Part shown: positions 39,831 to 50,037 of the stretch, piece by piece
How positions within the stretch are numbered: position 1 is the stretch's first letter
Layout: the number at the start of each line of letters is the position of its first letter
Assembly: GCA_036229005.1 (NCBI GenBank)
Contig: JAZAMN010000008.1
Coordinates: 32,001-96,000, forward strand
DNA from: Myxococcota bacterium
GTDB lineage: Bacteria; Myxococcota_A; UBA796; CAJQPC01
Direction of reading: 5' to 3'
Length of the DNA stretch: 64,000 nucleotides
The notes under the pieces: generated by a model
Database searches by the model: none
Told to the model about the DNA's origin: nothing
The model's input: the letters and a program-made list of their open reading frames with translations, nothing else
Position numbers and translations under genes: made by a program

Positions 39831-42050
39831 TCAGCTCTCGGACGGCAGCGCCCACCAGGGCCGCTCGGGCACCGCTGCCCAGTCGCTCCAGCGCCCGTCC
39901 CAGGCCCGCCAGCGCAGGGTGTCCCCCAGGGAGATCTGCAGGGTGCCCTGGGTGTCGGTGCGCAGCACGGGCCAGCCCCGGTGGGCGTGGAGGGTCTGGG
40001 GATGCGGGTGGCCGAACTGGTTGTCCACGCCGCAGGAGATCACGGCCACCCGGGGGCGGAGGGCGGCCAGCAGCGCGGGGTCGGAGCTGGTGCGGCTGCC
40101 GTGGTGCGCGACCTTGAGCACGTCGATGGGGCCGGGGTCGCTGTGGCGCAGGGTGTCCTCGCCGGCGGACTCGATGTCACCGGTGAACAGCACGCTGTGG
40201 CCCCGGTGGTGAAAGGAGATGACCAGGCTGATCTCATTGGCCTCCTCCTCGAAGCGCTCCAGGAAGGGGGCGCTGGGGTGGTGCAGGCGCAGGCGCGGGT
40301 CGGGCAGGGGGTCGTCGGGCCCCAGGATGGGGACGCCCCGGTGGATGGCCAGGGCGAGCAGGCGGGCGTAGTCGGACTCGCCGGGCAGGGGGCCGCGGGG
40401 GACGCGGACGGCGCCGACCTCCAGAGACTCCAGGAGGGGGGCGAAGCCGGCGTAGTGGTCGGGGTGGGGGTGGCTGATGATGAGCTCGTCGATCCGGGTC
40501 AACCGCCTGCGCCGCAGCAGCTTGAGCAGGGCCGTGTTGGACGGGCCCCCATCGACGAGGACCAGCTTGCCGTCTCCGAGCTGGAGGATCGCGGCGTCCC
40601 CTTGGCCGATGGCCAGAAACTCCACGGTGGGCTGGGTGGGGCGCGCGCGCAGCAGGCTGAGGGTGAGCAGCGCCAGGGAGAGCTGGGGGCGCTTGACCAG
40701 GAGCACGGCGGCGGCGAGCAGGAGGACGCCCAGGGGGCCCACAGCGGGGTGGAGCAGGGTCCAGTCGGGGGCGCGGTCCAGCCAGTGGAGCCACTGGAGG
40801 GTCCAGTGCACGGCGCCGTCGGCCAGAGCGGCGGGGAGGGTCCAGCCGCGGGAGCCCAGCAGGCTGGCGGGCACGGCGACGGCGCCCATCAGCGGGACTG
40901 CGACCAGGTTGGCGATGGGGCTGAGCAGGGGCAGCTCCTGGAAGTGCCAGGCGACGGCGGGCAGGGTGCCCAGGCTGGCCCCGGTGGACGCGGACACCGA
41001 GCGCGCCACCCAGGCCAGGGGCCAGGGGGTGTCGGGGGGCAGCAGGCGCTCGATGCGGGGGCTCACGCTGAGAAGGCCGGCGACCGCGCCAAAGGAGAGC
41101 TGAAAGCTCAGCTCTGTGGGGGCGGCGGGCTCCACCAGGCAGACGGCGGCCATGGCGCCGCCCCACAGATTCCAGGGTTGCACGCCGCGGCCCATGGCGT
41201 TGCCGATCAGGCCGCAGCCCACCATCCAGGCGGCGCGCTGGGCGCTCACGGGGCTGCCCACGGCCCATGCGAAGCCCGCCGCGACGCAGACCCCCACCAG
41301 CGCGGGCAGCAGGCGGGTGGGCCAGGCCAGGCGGGGGCGGCGCAGGGCGAGCAGGGGCAGGGTGAGGGCTCGGGCCAGCCAGGCGGCGCCCAGGGCCAAG
41401 AGCCCGATGTGGAGGCCGGAGATGGCCAGCAGGTGGCGGGTGCCGGTGCGCTTGAGCAGGGCGTTGTCGGCGGGGTCCACCAGGCTGCGGTCGCCGCTGG
41501 AGAGGGCCCGCAGCAGGCCGGGGTGGCGGGCGTGGGGGAAGCTCCCTTGGAGCACGCGGCGGCCGGGCCGCAGGACCACCAGGCGCTGGGCGCGCAGCTC
41601 GCTGTGGACGCCGCGCAGGCGGGTCTGGGCGTGGGGGTCGGGGTCGCCGGGCAGGGCGAGCTCCCGGAGGGGGCCGATGGGGCCGAAGGCGGCGATCACG
41701 TCGCCCACACGGGTGTCCTCGCTTGTGCGCACGAGCAAGGGACCCTGCGCGGGGGCGCCGTCCAGCTCCCGGAGGTGGACCAGGATGCGCGAACCCTTGA
41801 TGGACCGCACCTCTCCCTGCACCGTCACCCCGGGAGCGCGCTCCACAGGCCCCGACAGCCGCGTGGCCCCGGCGAGGACACCGAGGAGCAGGCTGGCGGC
41901 CGCCGCAGCAGGCCAGGAGCGCCCCGCCCACGCCAGCAGCGCGCAGGCCAGCAGGCCCGCCAACACGGGGCCCGGCGCGGGGTCCAGGTGGGGGACGCAG
42001 AGGATGCCGGCGGCGATCAGCGGGCCGACCAGGAGCAGGGGGTTTCGCAT
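39831..42050 (-). CDS. comEC: DNA internalization competence protein ComEC/Rec2
   Basis: HLLAISGLH, SFQLSF, IGQGDA, ISHPHPDH, LFTGDIE, LKVAHHGS, FGHPHP. Confidence 0.92.
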   Translation of the reverse strand: MRNPLLLVGPLIAAGILCVPHLDPAPGPVLAGLLACALLAWAGRSWPAAAAASLLLGVLAGATRLSGPVERAPGVTVQGEVRSIKGSRILVHLRELDGAPAQGPLLVRTSEDTRVGDVIAAFGPIGPLRELALPGDPDPHAQTRLRGVHSELRAQRLVVLRPGRRVLQGSFPHARHPGLLRALSSGDRSLVDPADNALLKRTGTRHLLAISGLHIGLLALGAAWLARALTLPLLALRRPRLAWPTRLLPALVGVCVAAGFAWAVGSPVSAQRAAWMVGCGLIGNAMGRGVQPWNLWGGAMAAVCLVEPAAPTELSFQLSFGAVAGLLSVSPRIERLLPPDTPWPLAWVARSVSASTGASLGTLPAVAWHFQELPLLSPIANLVAVPLMGAVAVPASLLGSRGWTLPAALADGAVHWTLQWLHWLDRAPDWTLLHPAVGPLGVLLLAAAVLLVKRPQLSLALLTLSLLRARPTQPTVEFLAIGQGDAAILQLGDGKLVLVDGGPSNTALLKLLRRRRLTRIDELIISHPHPDHYAGFAPLLESLEVGAVRVPRGPLPGESDYARLLALAIHRGVPILGPDDPLPDPRLRLHHPSAPFLERFEEEANEISLVISFHHRGHSVLFTGDIESAGEDTLRHSDPGPIDVLKVAHHGSRTSSDPALLAALRPRVAVISCGVDNQFGHPHPQTLHAHRGWPVLRTDTQGTLQISLGDTLRWRAWDGRWSDWAAVPERPWWALPSES

Positions 42051-42152
42051 GCCCCAGCGCCCATGCAGGGAGCGGGCCAGCTCAAGCAGGGCGTGATTTC
42101 AGGTGCTTGGAGGGTCGGGTCGGCCGGGGGTGTCGGCTGTTCGACACCCCTG

Positions 42153-42974
42153 TCAGGGCAGGGCGGCGCTCATGTCGCTCAGTCCCCAGCAGCTCGGGCC
42201 GCTGTCCAGCAGGGCGCACATCAGCGTGCCGTCTCCGGCGTCCAGGGCGCAGGCGTCGCTGGGGGCGGTCTCGGTCAGGTGCTCGCCAGCGTGGCCGTAG
42301 CAGGAGGTGCTGCCCTCGGCGTCCAGCACGCAGGTGAAGCCCTGGCCGGCGCTGATGTCCACCCAGCCGTCGCCGGGGGGGATCAGCGCCTGGGGGGCGT
42401 TCCAGCAGTGGGCCCGGCCGTCTTCGTCCAGCGCGCAGCCGTGGCAGCCGCCCTGGTCGACCTCGGTGTAGGCGATGTCGGCCTCGGGGGCGCCCTCGCC
42501 GCAGGTGGACATGTTGCCGTCGCAGTCCACGGTGCCGTCGGAGTGGACGCCGCAGAGCTGGTGTCCGGCCAGGTGCAGCTCCACGAAGGGGCCGCGCAGG
42601 CTGGGCATCACGCGCTCCCAACCCCAGCACTCGGGCTCTCCGGCCAGGGTGAGGCCGCAGGAGAGGCTGTCGCCGACGACCACCTGCAGGAACGCGGTGC
42701 TGGGCGGCTGGGTCTCGCCGTAGTGGTCCTCTCCGGCGCAGTGCGCCTGGCCCTCCGCGTCCAGCCCGCAGGCGTGGTTGCGGCCCAGGGAGACCGTGGC
42801 GGAGTCCAGCTCGCTGGCCCACTCGGCGGCGGGTCCCCAGCAGTGGAGCAGACCCTGGGGGTCCAGGGCGCAGACGCTCTGGCCCGTCACGGAGAGGCTG
42901 GACCACTCCTTGGGGGCGGCGCTGTCACCGGTGTCTGCGGGGGGCTCGGCGCAGGCGAGCAGGAGCAAGAGCAT
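42153..42974 (-). CDS. RCC1/BLIP-II-like repeat lipoprotein
   Basis: MLLLLLAC; repeated (G)xxHxCxLxxxGxxxCWG units. Confidence 0.8.
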   Translation of the reverse strand: MLLLLLACAEPPADTGDSAAPKEWSSLSVTGQSVCALDPQGLLHCWGPAAEWASELDSATVSLGRNHACGLDAEGQAHCAGEDHYGETQPPSTAFLQVVVGDSLSCGLTLAGEPECWGWERVMPSLRGPFVELHLAGHQLCGVHSDGTVDCDGNMSTCGEGAPEADIAYTEVDQGGCHGCALDEDGRAHCWNAPQALIPPGDGWVDISAGQGFTCVLDAEGSTSCYGHAGEHLTETAPSDACALDAGDGTLMCALLDSGPSCWGLSDMSAALP

Positions 42975-43069
42975 GGGTGCAGGCTAGCCGGGTCCAGGGC
43001 GGGGTGGCAGCCCCCTCGGCCTGACATCTCCCTGCGCGCCGGCCCAAAGCTCAGGGCTGAGGCCGGGGC

Positions 43070-43636
43070 TCAGTACTGTGTAAAGAGCGTCAGGGTCTCG
43101 ATCTCGGCGTGATCTCCGACCGCGCTGACCTTGGCGAGCTGGGCCCGGTCGGGGCCGACCGAGATCACGACGATTCCGGGCTCCGGCAGCATGGACCCCG
43201 GCGCCACGACGATCTCGGTGCCGTCGGGCAGGCCGATGGCTGCGCGGGGGGGCTGGGCGTTGGGCAGGGTCTCCAGCAGGCGCACGCCCCAGGCGGCCTG
43301 GGTGGCCATGCCCACGGGGGGCGGCGGCGGCGCGGCGGGCTCCGGGGTGGCCTCGACGATGGTCTCGGTGACCACAGGGCGCGCGGGCTCAGTGGGCTCA
43401 GCGGTGGGCTCCGGCTCTTCCTGGATCAGGTTCCCGTCGGAGTCGCAGGCGAAGGGGTCGTCGATGCAGATCTGGGGCTTCTTGTCGCCAAAGCCGCTCT
43501 CCGCCGGCGCGGTCTCCTGGGCGCCCTCGCAGTCGCAGGGGGGGCACTCGCTGGCTTGCGAGGTCTCCACGGGCTGGACGAGGCCCTTCCAGGAGGGTTC
43601 GGCGGACTGACAGGCGATGAGCAGGGCGAAGAGCAC
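43070..43636 (-). CDS. hypothetical lipoprotein
   Basis: MLFALLIAC; Pro/Glu-rich linker; GGAG RBS. Confidence 0.7.
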   Translation of the reverse strand: MLFALLIACQSAEPSWKGLVQPVETSQASECPPCDCEGAQETAPAESGFGDKKPQICIDDPFACDSDGNLIQEEPEPTAEPTEPARPVVTETIVEATPEPAAPPPPPVGMATQAAWGVRLLETLPNAQPPRAAIGLPDGTEIVVAPGSMLPEPGIVVISVGPDRAQLAKVSAVGDHAEIETLTLFTQY

Positions 43637-43676
43637 TGGGATCTCCAGGGGACTCCGGGCACCCTAACCCAGGCGA

Positions 43677-45437
43677 TCAGAGGGGCACGCCCACCGACAC
43701 GGTCCCAGCGACCAGGTCCTGACTCCCGGCGCGCACGCCCGCCTGCACCCAGGCCCGGCTCCACACCAGGCGGCGGGCGCTCACGGAGAGCTCTCCCCCC
43801 AGGCTGGGCTGCACCAGCCCGCGCGCGCCCAGGGTCACCCAGTTGTCGGTGCCCACGGCCAGCTCCAGGGCGCCGGCCAGGTCCAGCTCGCTGTCCGTGG
43901 CGCCGTAGCTGTAGACGTCGATGCCGCCCTCGTCCAGGGCCTGCTCCCAGTCCAGGGCCCAGGTGCCCTGCTCCCAGCCGGCGCGCACGCCCCAGCGCAG
44001 GCGCTCGCTGGGCTGCCCCTCCACCCGCAGCACGAGCTGCTGCAGGCGCTCGCTGTAGAGGTCGTTCTGGATGGGGTCGTCGTCGTCCACGAGCCCGCCG
44101 CCGGCGGCCAGGAAGCGGTAGCGGATCAGCAGGTCGATGTCCTCGCTGAGGGCCAGCCGCGGCGAGATCTCGAGCTGCACGCGCTGCCGGGTGATGGGGA
44201 TCCCATCCTGAGGGAGCGTGGCCCCCGCCGCCCCGAGCTGCAGGAGCAGGGACTGCCGCGGGTCCTTGCCGAAGCGCAGGCTGGCCGCCGCGCCGCCCTG
44301 TCGGGTGTCGGGGTGGCTGAGCCCCCAGGCCGAGACGCCGACGGAGGGGTGATCCCGGAAGCCCAGGGCGACCCGCCCGCCCAGGCCGTCGCCGGCGCTC
44401 CAGGGCTGGAGCTGTCGGGTGGGGCCGCCGTCCAGGGAGACGCCGTGCAGATCCAGGCTGCCGGGGACCTGCTGGGCGTAGCGCAGCTCCGCGCTGATGC
44501 CGTAGCGCCCGGTGGACTGACCGAAGGCGGTCCAGGCGCTGACGCCGCTGTCGGGGGAGAGGCTGGTGCCGAGCTCGGCGGCGCGCATGGGCAGGTCCGG
44601 GAGCCAGGCGCCCTGGAGGCCCCGGTCCAGGTTCGAGGGCAGGGCGCCCATGGACGCGATGGTGCGGGCGCGGCCGCCGTCGTAGGCCCGGGGGTCCCGC
44701 TCGCTGACCCAGCCCTCGTCCTTCTCGGGGAAGGTGGGCTTCACGCGCTCCACGCCGGGCTCCAGGCTGCCGTCCCAGCGGGGGCCACCCACGTAGCCGT
44801 TGTCCTGCAGGGCGACCTGGCAGACCTGGCCAAAGCTGAGGTTCTCCGCGCCCTCTACGTTCTGGGGGACCCAGCTCGCCAGGCGCTGGACGCCCTGGAG
44901 GGTCCAGCCCTCGGCGGCCAGGGTGTAGATGCCGTCGATGTCGTCCTGGGGCGGCGGATCGGGGACCTCGCGGTCGGTGCGGCCGTAGAACTCGGCGAGG
45001 ATGGCCTGGTTCTGTGTGACGGTGGGCTGCCAGGCCGGGGGCGCCGGCTCCGCCTCCTCCAGGACCTCCTCCTGCGGGGGCGGATCGGGGCGCACGACCT
45101 CCTCCTCCTCGCCCAGGGCGGTCGCCAGGTGGGACTCCAGGATGGCGGCCAGGGTGGCGCGGTCGGCCCCGTCCACGTTCGCGGCGATCCAGCGCACGGC
45201 CTGCTCCAGCTCGGCGGCGCTGCGGCGGCTGTCCAGGAGGGCCTGCACGTCGTCCTCCAGGAAGGCCTCGGCCGGCGGGGTGCGCCCGGTCAGGCTGTAG
45301 AAGAGGCGGGCGATGCGCACGGCGTCCGCTTCGGCGAGCTCCTCGTTGGGGAGCTGCTGGGCCTGGACGACGGGGGAGGAGAGGATCAGAGTGAAGAGCA
45401 CGCCCAGGGTGTATCTCCTGAGCGTGCTCCCGTTCAC
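43677..45437 (-). CDS. secreted protein, possible C-terminal beta-barrel
   Basis: Signal peptide ending VQA; two related helical N-terminal units (LFYSLTGR / EFYGRTDR); beta-strand-rich C-terminal half. Confidence 0.6.
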   Translation of the reverse strand: MNGSTLRRYTLGVLFTLILSSPVVQAQQLPNEELAEADAVRIARLFYSLTGRTPPAEAFLEDDVQALLDSRRSAAELEQAVRWIAANVDGADRATLAAILESHLATALGEEEEVVRPDPPPQEEVLEEAEPAPPAWQPTVTQNQAILAEFYGRTDREVPDPPPQDDIDGIYTLAAEGWTLQGVQRLASWVPQNVEGAENLSFGQVCQVALQDNGYVGGPRWDGSLEPGVERVKPTFPEKDEGWVSERDPRAYDGGRARTIASMGALPSNLDRGLQGAWLPDLPMRAAELGTSLSPDSGVSAWTAFGQSTGRYGISAELRYAQQVPGSLDLHGVSLDGGPTRQLQPWSAGDGLGGRVALGFRDHPSVGVSAWGLSHPDTRQGGAAASLRFGKDPRQSLLLQLGAAGATLPQDGIPITRQRVQLEISPRLALSEDIDLLIRYRFLAAGGGLVDDDDPIQNDLYSERLQQLVLRVEGQPSERLRWGVRAGWEQGTWALDWEQALDEGGIDVYSYGATDSELDLAGALELAVGTDNWVTLGARGLVQPSLGGELSVSARRLVWSRAWVQAGVRAGSQDLVAGTVSVGVPL

Positions 45438-45479
45438 CCTCTGCCGGCAGCTCTGTGCGCCAGCGAGGTCACCCTGGGC

Positions 45480-45977
45480 TCAGCCGCGCCGCTCGCGCTC
45501 GCCGTCGGGGCCGCGCCGCTCGGGGCCGCGCTCACCGTCGGGGCCGCGCCGCTCGCCGCCGCGGGCCTGCTTCTCGGGGCCGTGCTTTCCGTGGCTGCGG
45601 GCCTTGTCGGGGCCGCGCTCGCCGGACTTCATTCCGCGCTGGTGGCGCTCGCCGCGGGCCTGCTTGTCCGGGCCGCCCTTGCACTCGCCGGCCGCGAAGG
45701 CCTCGCCGCGCTCGGGGCCGCCGCGCCGGGCCTGCCGCTCGTCGTGCTTGCCGCGCCGCTGCTCGCCTCGGGCCCGGCCGCGCTCGGCGTCCATCTGACC
45801 GCGCTTGTGCTCCTTGGCGTGCTCCCCGCGCTCGGGGCCGCGCGCCTGCTTCTCCTCGCCCATCGCGGAGCGGAGCAAGCGGGCGGGGGCGGCGTCCGGG
45901 GCCAAGACGCTCTGCGCGTTCATGGCCAGGGCGGCGGCGGGCTGAGCGAGGGAGAGGAGGAAGAGGATGGGGCTCAT
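45480..45977 (-). CDS. secreted low-complexity charged repeat protein
   Basis: GGAGG RBS, signal peptide, repeated GPERGE/ERRGPDGE units. Confidence 0.6.
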   Translation of the reverse strand: MSPILFLLSLAQPAAALAMNAQSVLAPDAAPARLLRSAMGEEKQARGPERGEHAKEHKRGQMDAERGRARGEQRRGKHDERQARRGGPERGEAFAAGECKGGPDKQARGERHQRGMKSGERGPDKARSHGKHGPEKQARGGERRGPDGERGPERRGPDGERERRG

Positions 45978-46077
45978 GTGAACCTCCCTTGTGTTGGGTT
46001 CGCTGGGTACGACGCGCTGGCCCCCGGGACTCTTCGCCGCCTTTACACTCCTTCGGAATCCATCACAGAAGGCCGGC

Positions 46078-47019
46078 ATGCTCCCCTCCGACGCCCCCCC
46101 GCTGCGCGACCCCGAGGCTCTCCTCGAGGCCCCCCCGGACGCGCCCCAGACCCCCCTGGAGCGGGTGGCTTTCACCCTGGACTTGTTCAGGTGGACCCTG
46201 GGTTCTGGGCGCGGTCAGGTGCTGCTCCAGCGCATCGAACAGGAGCCCCGCGCCATCGGCTGGCTGCGGGACATCGCCTTCAAGGCCCAGGCCCTGGACC
46301 CTGTGGCCGCCGCCCGGTGGGACCACATCGCCCTGAGCGTCGGCGATCAGATCATCTGGTCCACCCAGCGGCTCTACCAGCTCTTTCACCCCGAGCTGCG
46401 CCCCTGGCTGCTCCAGGTCCTGGCCTGCTGGCCGGAGTCGCTCCCGGTCGAGGTCAACGTGGGTCCTCCGCTGGGCACCCGCACCCCACCGTCCCACAGC
46501 GGGGTGCGCTTCCCCTCCGCGACGCTGAGCTACCCAAGCGAGGTCACCGAGACCGAGCGCACCGACGGCGTGCAGATCGCTCTGGAGCGCGCCGGAGCCT
46601 CCCTGGCCGAGCAGGACGCCTGCCTGCGCGCCATGCAGGACCAGGGCTTCACCGCCGCGGCCCGCTGGCTGGCGCTGCCCGATCCCCTGCCCACGCTCTA
46701 CTCCCCCTTCGCCCGCGCGGTGGGCCTGCCCTACATGACCGCGATGGGCGTGGTGATCCAGCGCGAGCCCCCCGGCCGCGCCGAGCTCCGCGTGGTGGAG
46801 GCCGTCGACCTGCAGAGCCTGCGGGCCGCCACCCGCATGGACCCCGACCTGATCCACATCCCGCCCCAGGGCCTGGACGCCATCGGCGACGAGCAGGTGG
46901 AGCAGCTCCTGTACATGGGCCTCACGGTCTGGATGGAGGGCCTCAGCGGCGCGCGCGCCGAGCGCTGGGCCGCCCACCAGGCGCAGGTCTACGCGGACAA
47001 CCCACCCGAGGCGCTCTGA
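46078..47019 (+). CDS. hypothetical protein
   Basis: 313-aa ORF with GC3 bias. Confidence 0.6.
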   Translation: MLPSDAPPLRDPEALLEAPPDAPQTPLERVAFTLDLFRWTLGSGRGQVLLQRIEQEPRAIGWLRDIAFKAQALDPVAAARWDHIALSVGDQIIWSTQRLYQLFHPELRPWLLQVLACWPESLPVEVNVGPPLGTRTPPSHSGVRFPSATLSYPSEVTETERTDGVQIALERAGASLAEQDACLRAMQDQGFTAAARWLALPDPLPTLYSPFARAVGLPYMTAMGVVIQREPPGRAELRVVEAVDLQSLRAATRMDPDLIHIPPQGLDAIGDEQVEQLLYMGLTVWMEGLSGARAERWAAHQAQVYADNPPEAL

Positions 47020-47034
47020 GGCTGGACACCCCGC

Positions 47035-47352
47035 GGCTACGCCGGCTGAATGAGCGGACCCCCATGGCTACGGGGTCTGAGTGAGCGGCCCCCCCTGGCT
47101 ACGCGGTCTGAGTGAGCGGTCTGCTGAGGCTACGCCGGCTCGGTGAGCGATTCGTCCACCGGTGGAGCCCGATTTCGCTCTCCAGGGCCCCAGATGGGCC
47201 GATTTCGGCCCCGATTCGGCCAGATCGGTGGGCAAAACGCTCACTGAGTCCCCGTAGCCTCGCGAGCTCGCTCATTCAGGGCCCGTAGCCTCGGGGTCTC
47301 GCTCACTGAGTCCCCGTAGCCTCGGCTGCCCGCTCACTCGGAGCCGGTAGCC
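47035..47352. repeat. mirror-symmetric array: 4 direct plus 4 inverted 22-bp units at 31-bp period
   Basis: GGCTAC-N5-CTGAGTGAGCG-like units at 47035, 47066, 47097, 47128; reverse complements at 47238, 47269, 47300, 47331. Confidence 0.9.
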
Positions 47353-48216
47353 CTACTCCAGCGTCACCCCAGGGAACTCCGCCGCCTCCCAGGCCGCTGT
47401 GTCGCCCAGCATCGCCGCGTCCAGGTAGCTGTCCAGCACCCGCCAGGCGTCTGCGCGGCTCTCTTCGGCCGGGCGGTCGTGGGGGCTGTCCTCTTTCTCC
47501 TGCTCGGCCTCGGTGACGTCGTCGGTCCAGTCGTAGTGGTTCATGCCGTCCACGATCGCCAGGGTCCCGTCCTGGAAGCGCTGGGCGCCCTCCTCCACGT
47601 CCTCCAGGGCCGCGCTGCCGTCCAGCACCCCCGTGATCGAGAGCACCGGGGTGCCCCCGCGGTCCTCCACGTCGTCCCCGCCAGTGGGGTAGGAGGCCAC
47701 CAGGATCAGCGCCTCGAAGTCTCCCGGGTGCCGGGCCCACTGCTTGGCTGCGACCACACCACCCAGGCTGTGACCGGCGATCCCCGCCGGCTCAGGACTC
47801 AGGGCGCCAGCCAGGAGCGGGTCTCCGTCCTGGTCCAGGTTCCGGGCCCGCTGCAGGGCCTCGTGTGCGCGGTTGGAGCCGAAGATCGCCAGGTCATTGG
47901 GGAACTGGGGGGTGAGCACGACGTAGCCCCGCGAGGCCAGGTGTTCGCCGATCCAGTGGTAGCGCTCGCGCTCGACCGCGCCGCCCTGCACCCAGAGCAC
48001 CACCGGGTGCTCGCCCTCCGCCATCCAGCCGTCGCTGTCCGCGGGGAAGTGCAGGTCCACCGGGAAGCTGCGCGAGGTGGCCCGCGTCGCCCGGTACTGC
48101 GAGCGCCCCACCCCGAAGGGGCCCAGCTCGCCGGGCTGCCCGCCGCGGGTCTCGTCGGGGTCCAGCAGCAGGGTGGGGTCGGAGGTGGGCGCGCAGGCCA
48201 GCAGGAGCAGGAGCAT
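47353..48216 (-). CDS. alpha/beta hydrolase lipoprotein
   Basis: MLLLLLAC; EHLASRGYVV, GHSLGG nucleophile elbow, LDG, GMNH. Confidence 0.85.
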   Translation of the reverse strand: MLLLLLACAPTSDPTLLLDPDETRGGQPGELGPFGVGRSQYRATRATSRSFPVDLHFPADSDGWMAEGEHPVVLWVQGGAVERERYHWIGEHLASRGYVVLTPQFPNDLAIFGSNRAHEALQRARNLDQDGDPLLAGALSPEPAGIAGHSLGGVVAAKQWARHPGDFEALILVASYPTGGDDVEDRGGTPVLSITGVLDGSAALEDVEEGAQRFQDGTLAIVDGMNHYDWTDDVTEAEQEKEDSPHDRPAEESRADAWRVLDSYLDAAMLGDTAAWEAAEFPGVTLE

Positions 48217-48288
48217 CAGATCCACGGGGGTGGGAGGGGGTGTCCGATCTGGGCCGGCAGGGTCTGCGCGATTGCGTCCAGGGTGGGT

Positions 48289-49977
48289 TCAGCCCGCCTT
48301 GCGCGCCGCTTGACCCGGGGCCCACTCGGCCAGGGCCCGCAGCAGGGCGTCGCGGTCGATCGGCTTGCTCAGGAAGGCGTCCATGCCTGCTTCGAGGCAG
48401 GCCTCGCGGTCTTCGGCGAATGCGCTGGCGGTGAGGGCGATGATGGGCCGGTCAAAGCCCTGCGCGCGCAAGGCGCGGGTGGCCGCCAGGCCGTCCATCA
48501 CGGGCATCTGCTGGTCCATGAGCACAAGGTCGATGTCTTCGGTGGCCAGCTCCAGCGCCTGCCGGCCGTTGGTGGCCACGGCGGTCTGGACGCCGGCGTG
48601 GCTGAGCTGGGCGACCACCACCTTGCGGTTGATGGGCTCGTCTTCGACTACCAGCACGCGCATCGCGGCCGGCAGCAGGGTGACCTCGTCGATGCCAGCG
48701 GGGGCTTCGGCCTGGGGGAGCAGGACCTTGGCCTGGAAGGTGGACCCCTGACCCTCCTGGCTGTCCAGCAGCCGCAGCGTCCCCCCCATCAGCGCGATCA
48801 GCCGCGCCGAGATCGCCAGCCCCAGCCCCGTTCCGCCGTAGCTGCGGTCCCGCCCCTGGTCGGCCTGGGCGAAGGCCTCGAAGATGAGGCTCTGGGCCTC
48901 GGCGGGGATGCCGACCCCGCTGTCCTGGACCTCGAGCTCCAGGTGCAGGCCCTGGCCGCTCTGCACCGCGCGCAGGCGCAGCTCCACGAAGCCGCGGTGG
49001 GTGAACTTGAGGGCGTTGGAGAGCAGGTTGACCAGCACCTGCCGCAGGCGCTGGGCGTCGCCGTGTACCCACAGGTGCTCGCCAGCGGGCAGCGCGGTGC
49101 GGAGCGTCACGCCCTTGGTCTTTGCGGTGGGCTGCAGCACGGAGACGACGTTGCGGCACAGGGCCAGCAGGTCAAAGGGCGCCTCCTCGAGCTGGATGCG
49201 GTCGGACTCCACTCGGGACAGGTCCAGCACGTCGTCCAGCAGCCCCAACAGGTGGCTCCCGGAGCGCTGGATCTGCTCGGCCATCTCCCGGTCCTCGGCG
49301 GGCAGAGGGCGCTCGCAGAGCAGGCCGGAGAGGCCGATGACGGCGTTGAGCGGGGTGCGGATCTCATGGCTCATGGTGGCCAGGAAGGTGCTCTTGGCCT
49401 GGCTGGCCACCTTGCTCTGGGCCTCGCTCGCCCGCAGGGCCTGGTTGCTGCGCTCCAGGGACTCGGCGCGCTCCAGGGCGATGCGGTGGAAGGCCAGGGT
49501 GATCCAGCCGCTGGCCACCGTCGCGCCCACGCTGGTGATCAGCAGGGAGGCCTGCATGCCCAGGTCCTCCCAGGTGGTGCGGGCCACGATCACCGGGAAC
49601 ACCGCCAGGGAGGCCCCCAGCCAGAACCGCCCCGAGCGCTGGCCGCCGGTGAGGGTGCCGAAGGGGGAGGCCACGATCAGCGCGGAGATCAGGGTGGTCT
49701 GCAGCCCGAACTGCCACGCAGAGCTCAGGGCCAGCAGCAGGATCAGGGTGGCCAGGATGTGCCCCACCAGGGCCATGCGGTGGGTCTTTCGGAGCAGCGC
49801 GGCCATGCCCCATGCGCTCAGCCAGAGCACCAGCGCCCGGTAGAAGCCGCTGGCCATCCCCTCCCCGCTGCCCACGGCTACGAAGGCGAGCGCTGCGACC
49901 GCCGCGAAGCCGCCGATCAGCATCAGGCCCTTGGTGAAGGCGGTCTCGAATGGGTGGCGCTCTGGTGGCATCTGCAC
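48289..49977 (-). CDS. membrane hybrid histidine kinase with receiver domain
   Basis: FLATMSHEIRTPLN, NLLSNALKFT, GGTGLGLAIS, LMDQQMPVMDG. Confidence 0.93.
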   Translation of the reverse strand: MQMPPERHPFETAFTKGLMLIGGFAAVAALAFVAVGSGEGMASGFYRALVLWLSAWGMAALLRKTHRMALVGHILATLILLLALSSAWQFGLQTTLISALIVASPFGTLTGGQRSGRFWLGASLAVFPVIVARTTWEDLGMQASLLITSVGATVASGWITLAFHRIALERAESLERSNQALRASEAQSKVASQAKSTFLATMSHEIRTPLNAVIGLSGLLCERPLPAEDREMAEQIQRSGSHLLGLLDDVLDLSRVESDRIQLEEAPFDLLALCRNVVSVLQPTAKTKGVTLRTALPAGEHLWVHGDAQRLRQVLVNLLSNALKFTHRGFVELRLRAVQSGQGLHLELEVQDSGVGIPAEAQSLIFEAFAQADQGRDRSYGGTGLGLAISARLIALMGGTLRLLDSQEGQGSTFQAKVLLPQAEAPAGIDEVTLLPAAMRVLVVEDEPINRKVVVAQLSHAGVQTAVATNGRQALELATEDIDLVLMDQQMPVMDGLAATRALRAQGFDRPIIALTASAFAEDREACLEAGMDAFLSKPIDRDALLRALAEWAPGQAARKAG

Positions 49978-50037
49978 ATTCCATCGGACGACGGGTGCCT
50001 TTGCCAGAGCTTTGTTTTCTCCGCCCCCACCCTGCGC

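Noticed and set aside
47035..47352. CRISPR array
   Set aside because: Variable linkers are only 9 bp, repeats invert halfway, and there are no cas genes in the window.
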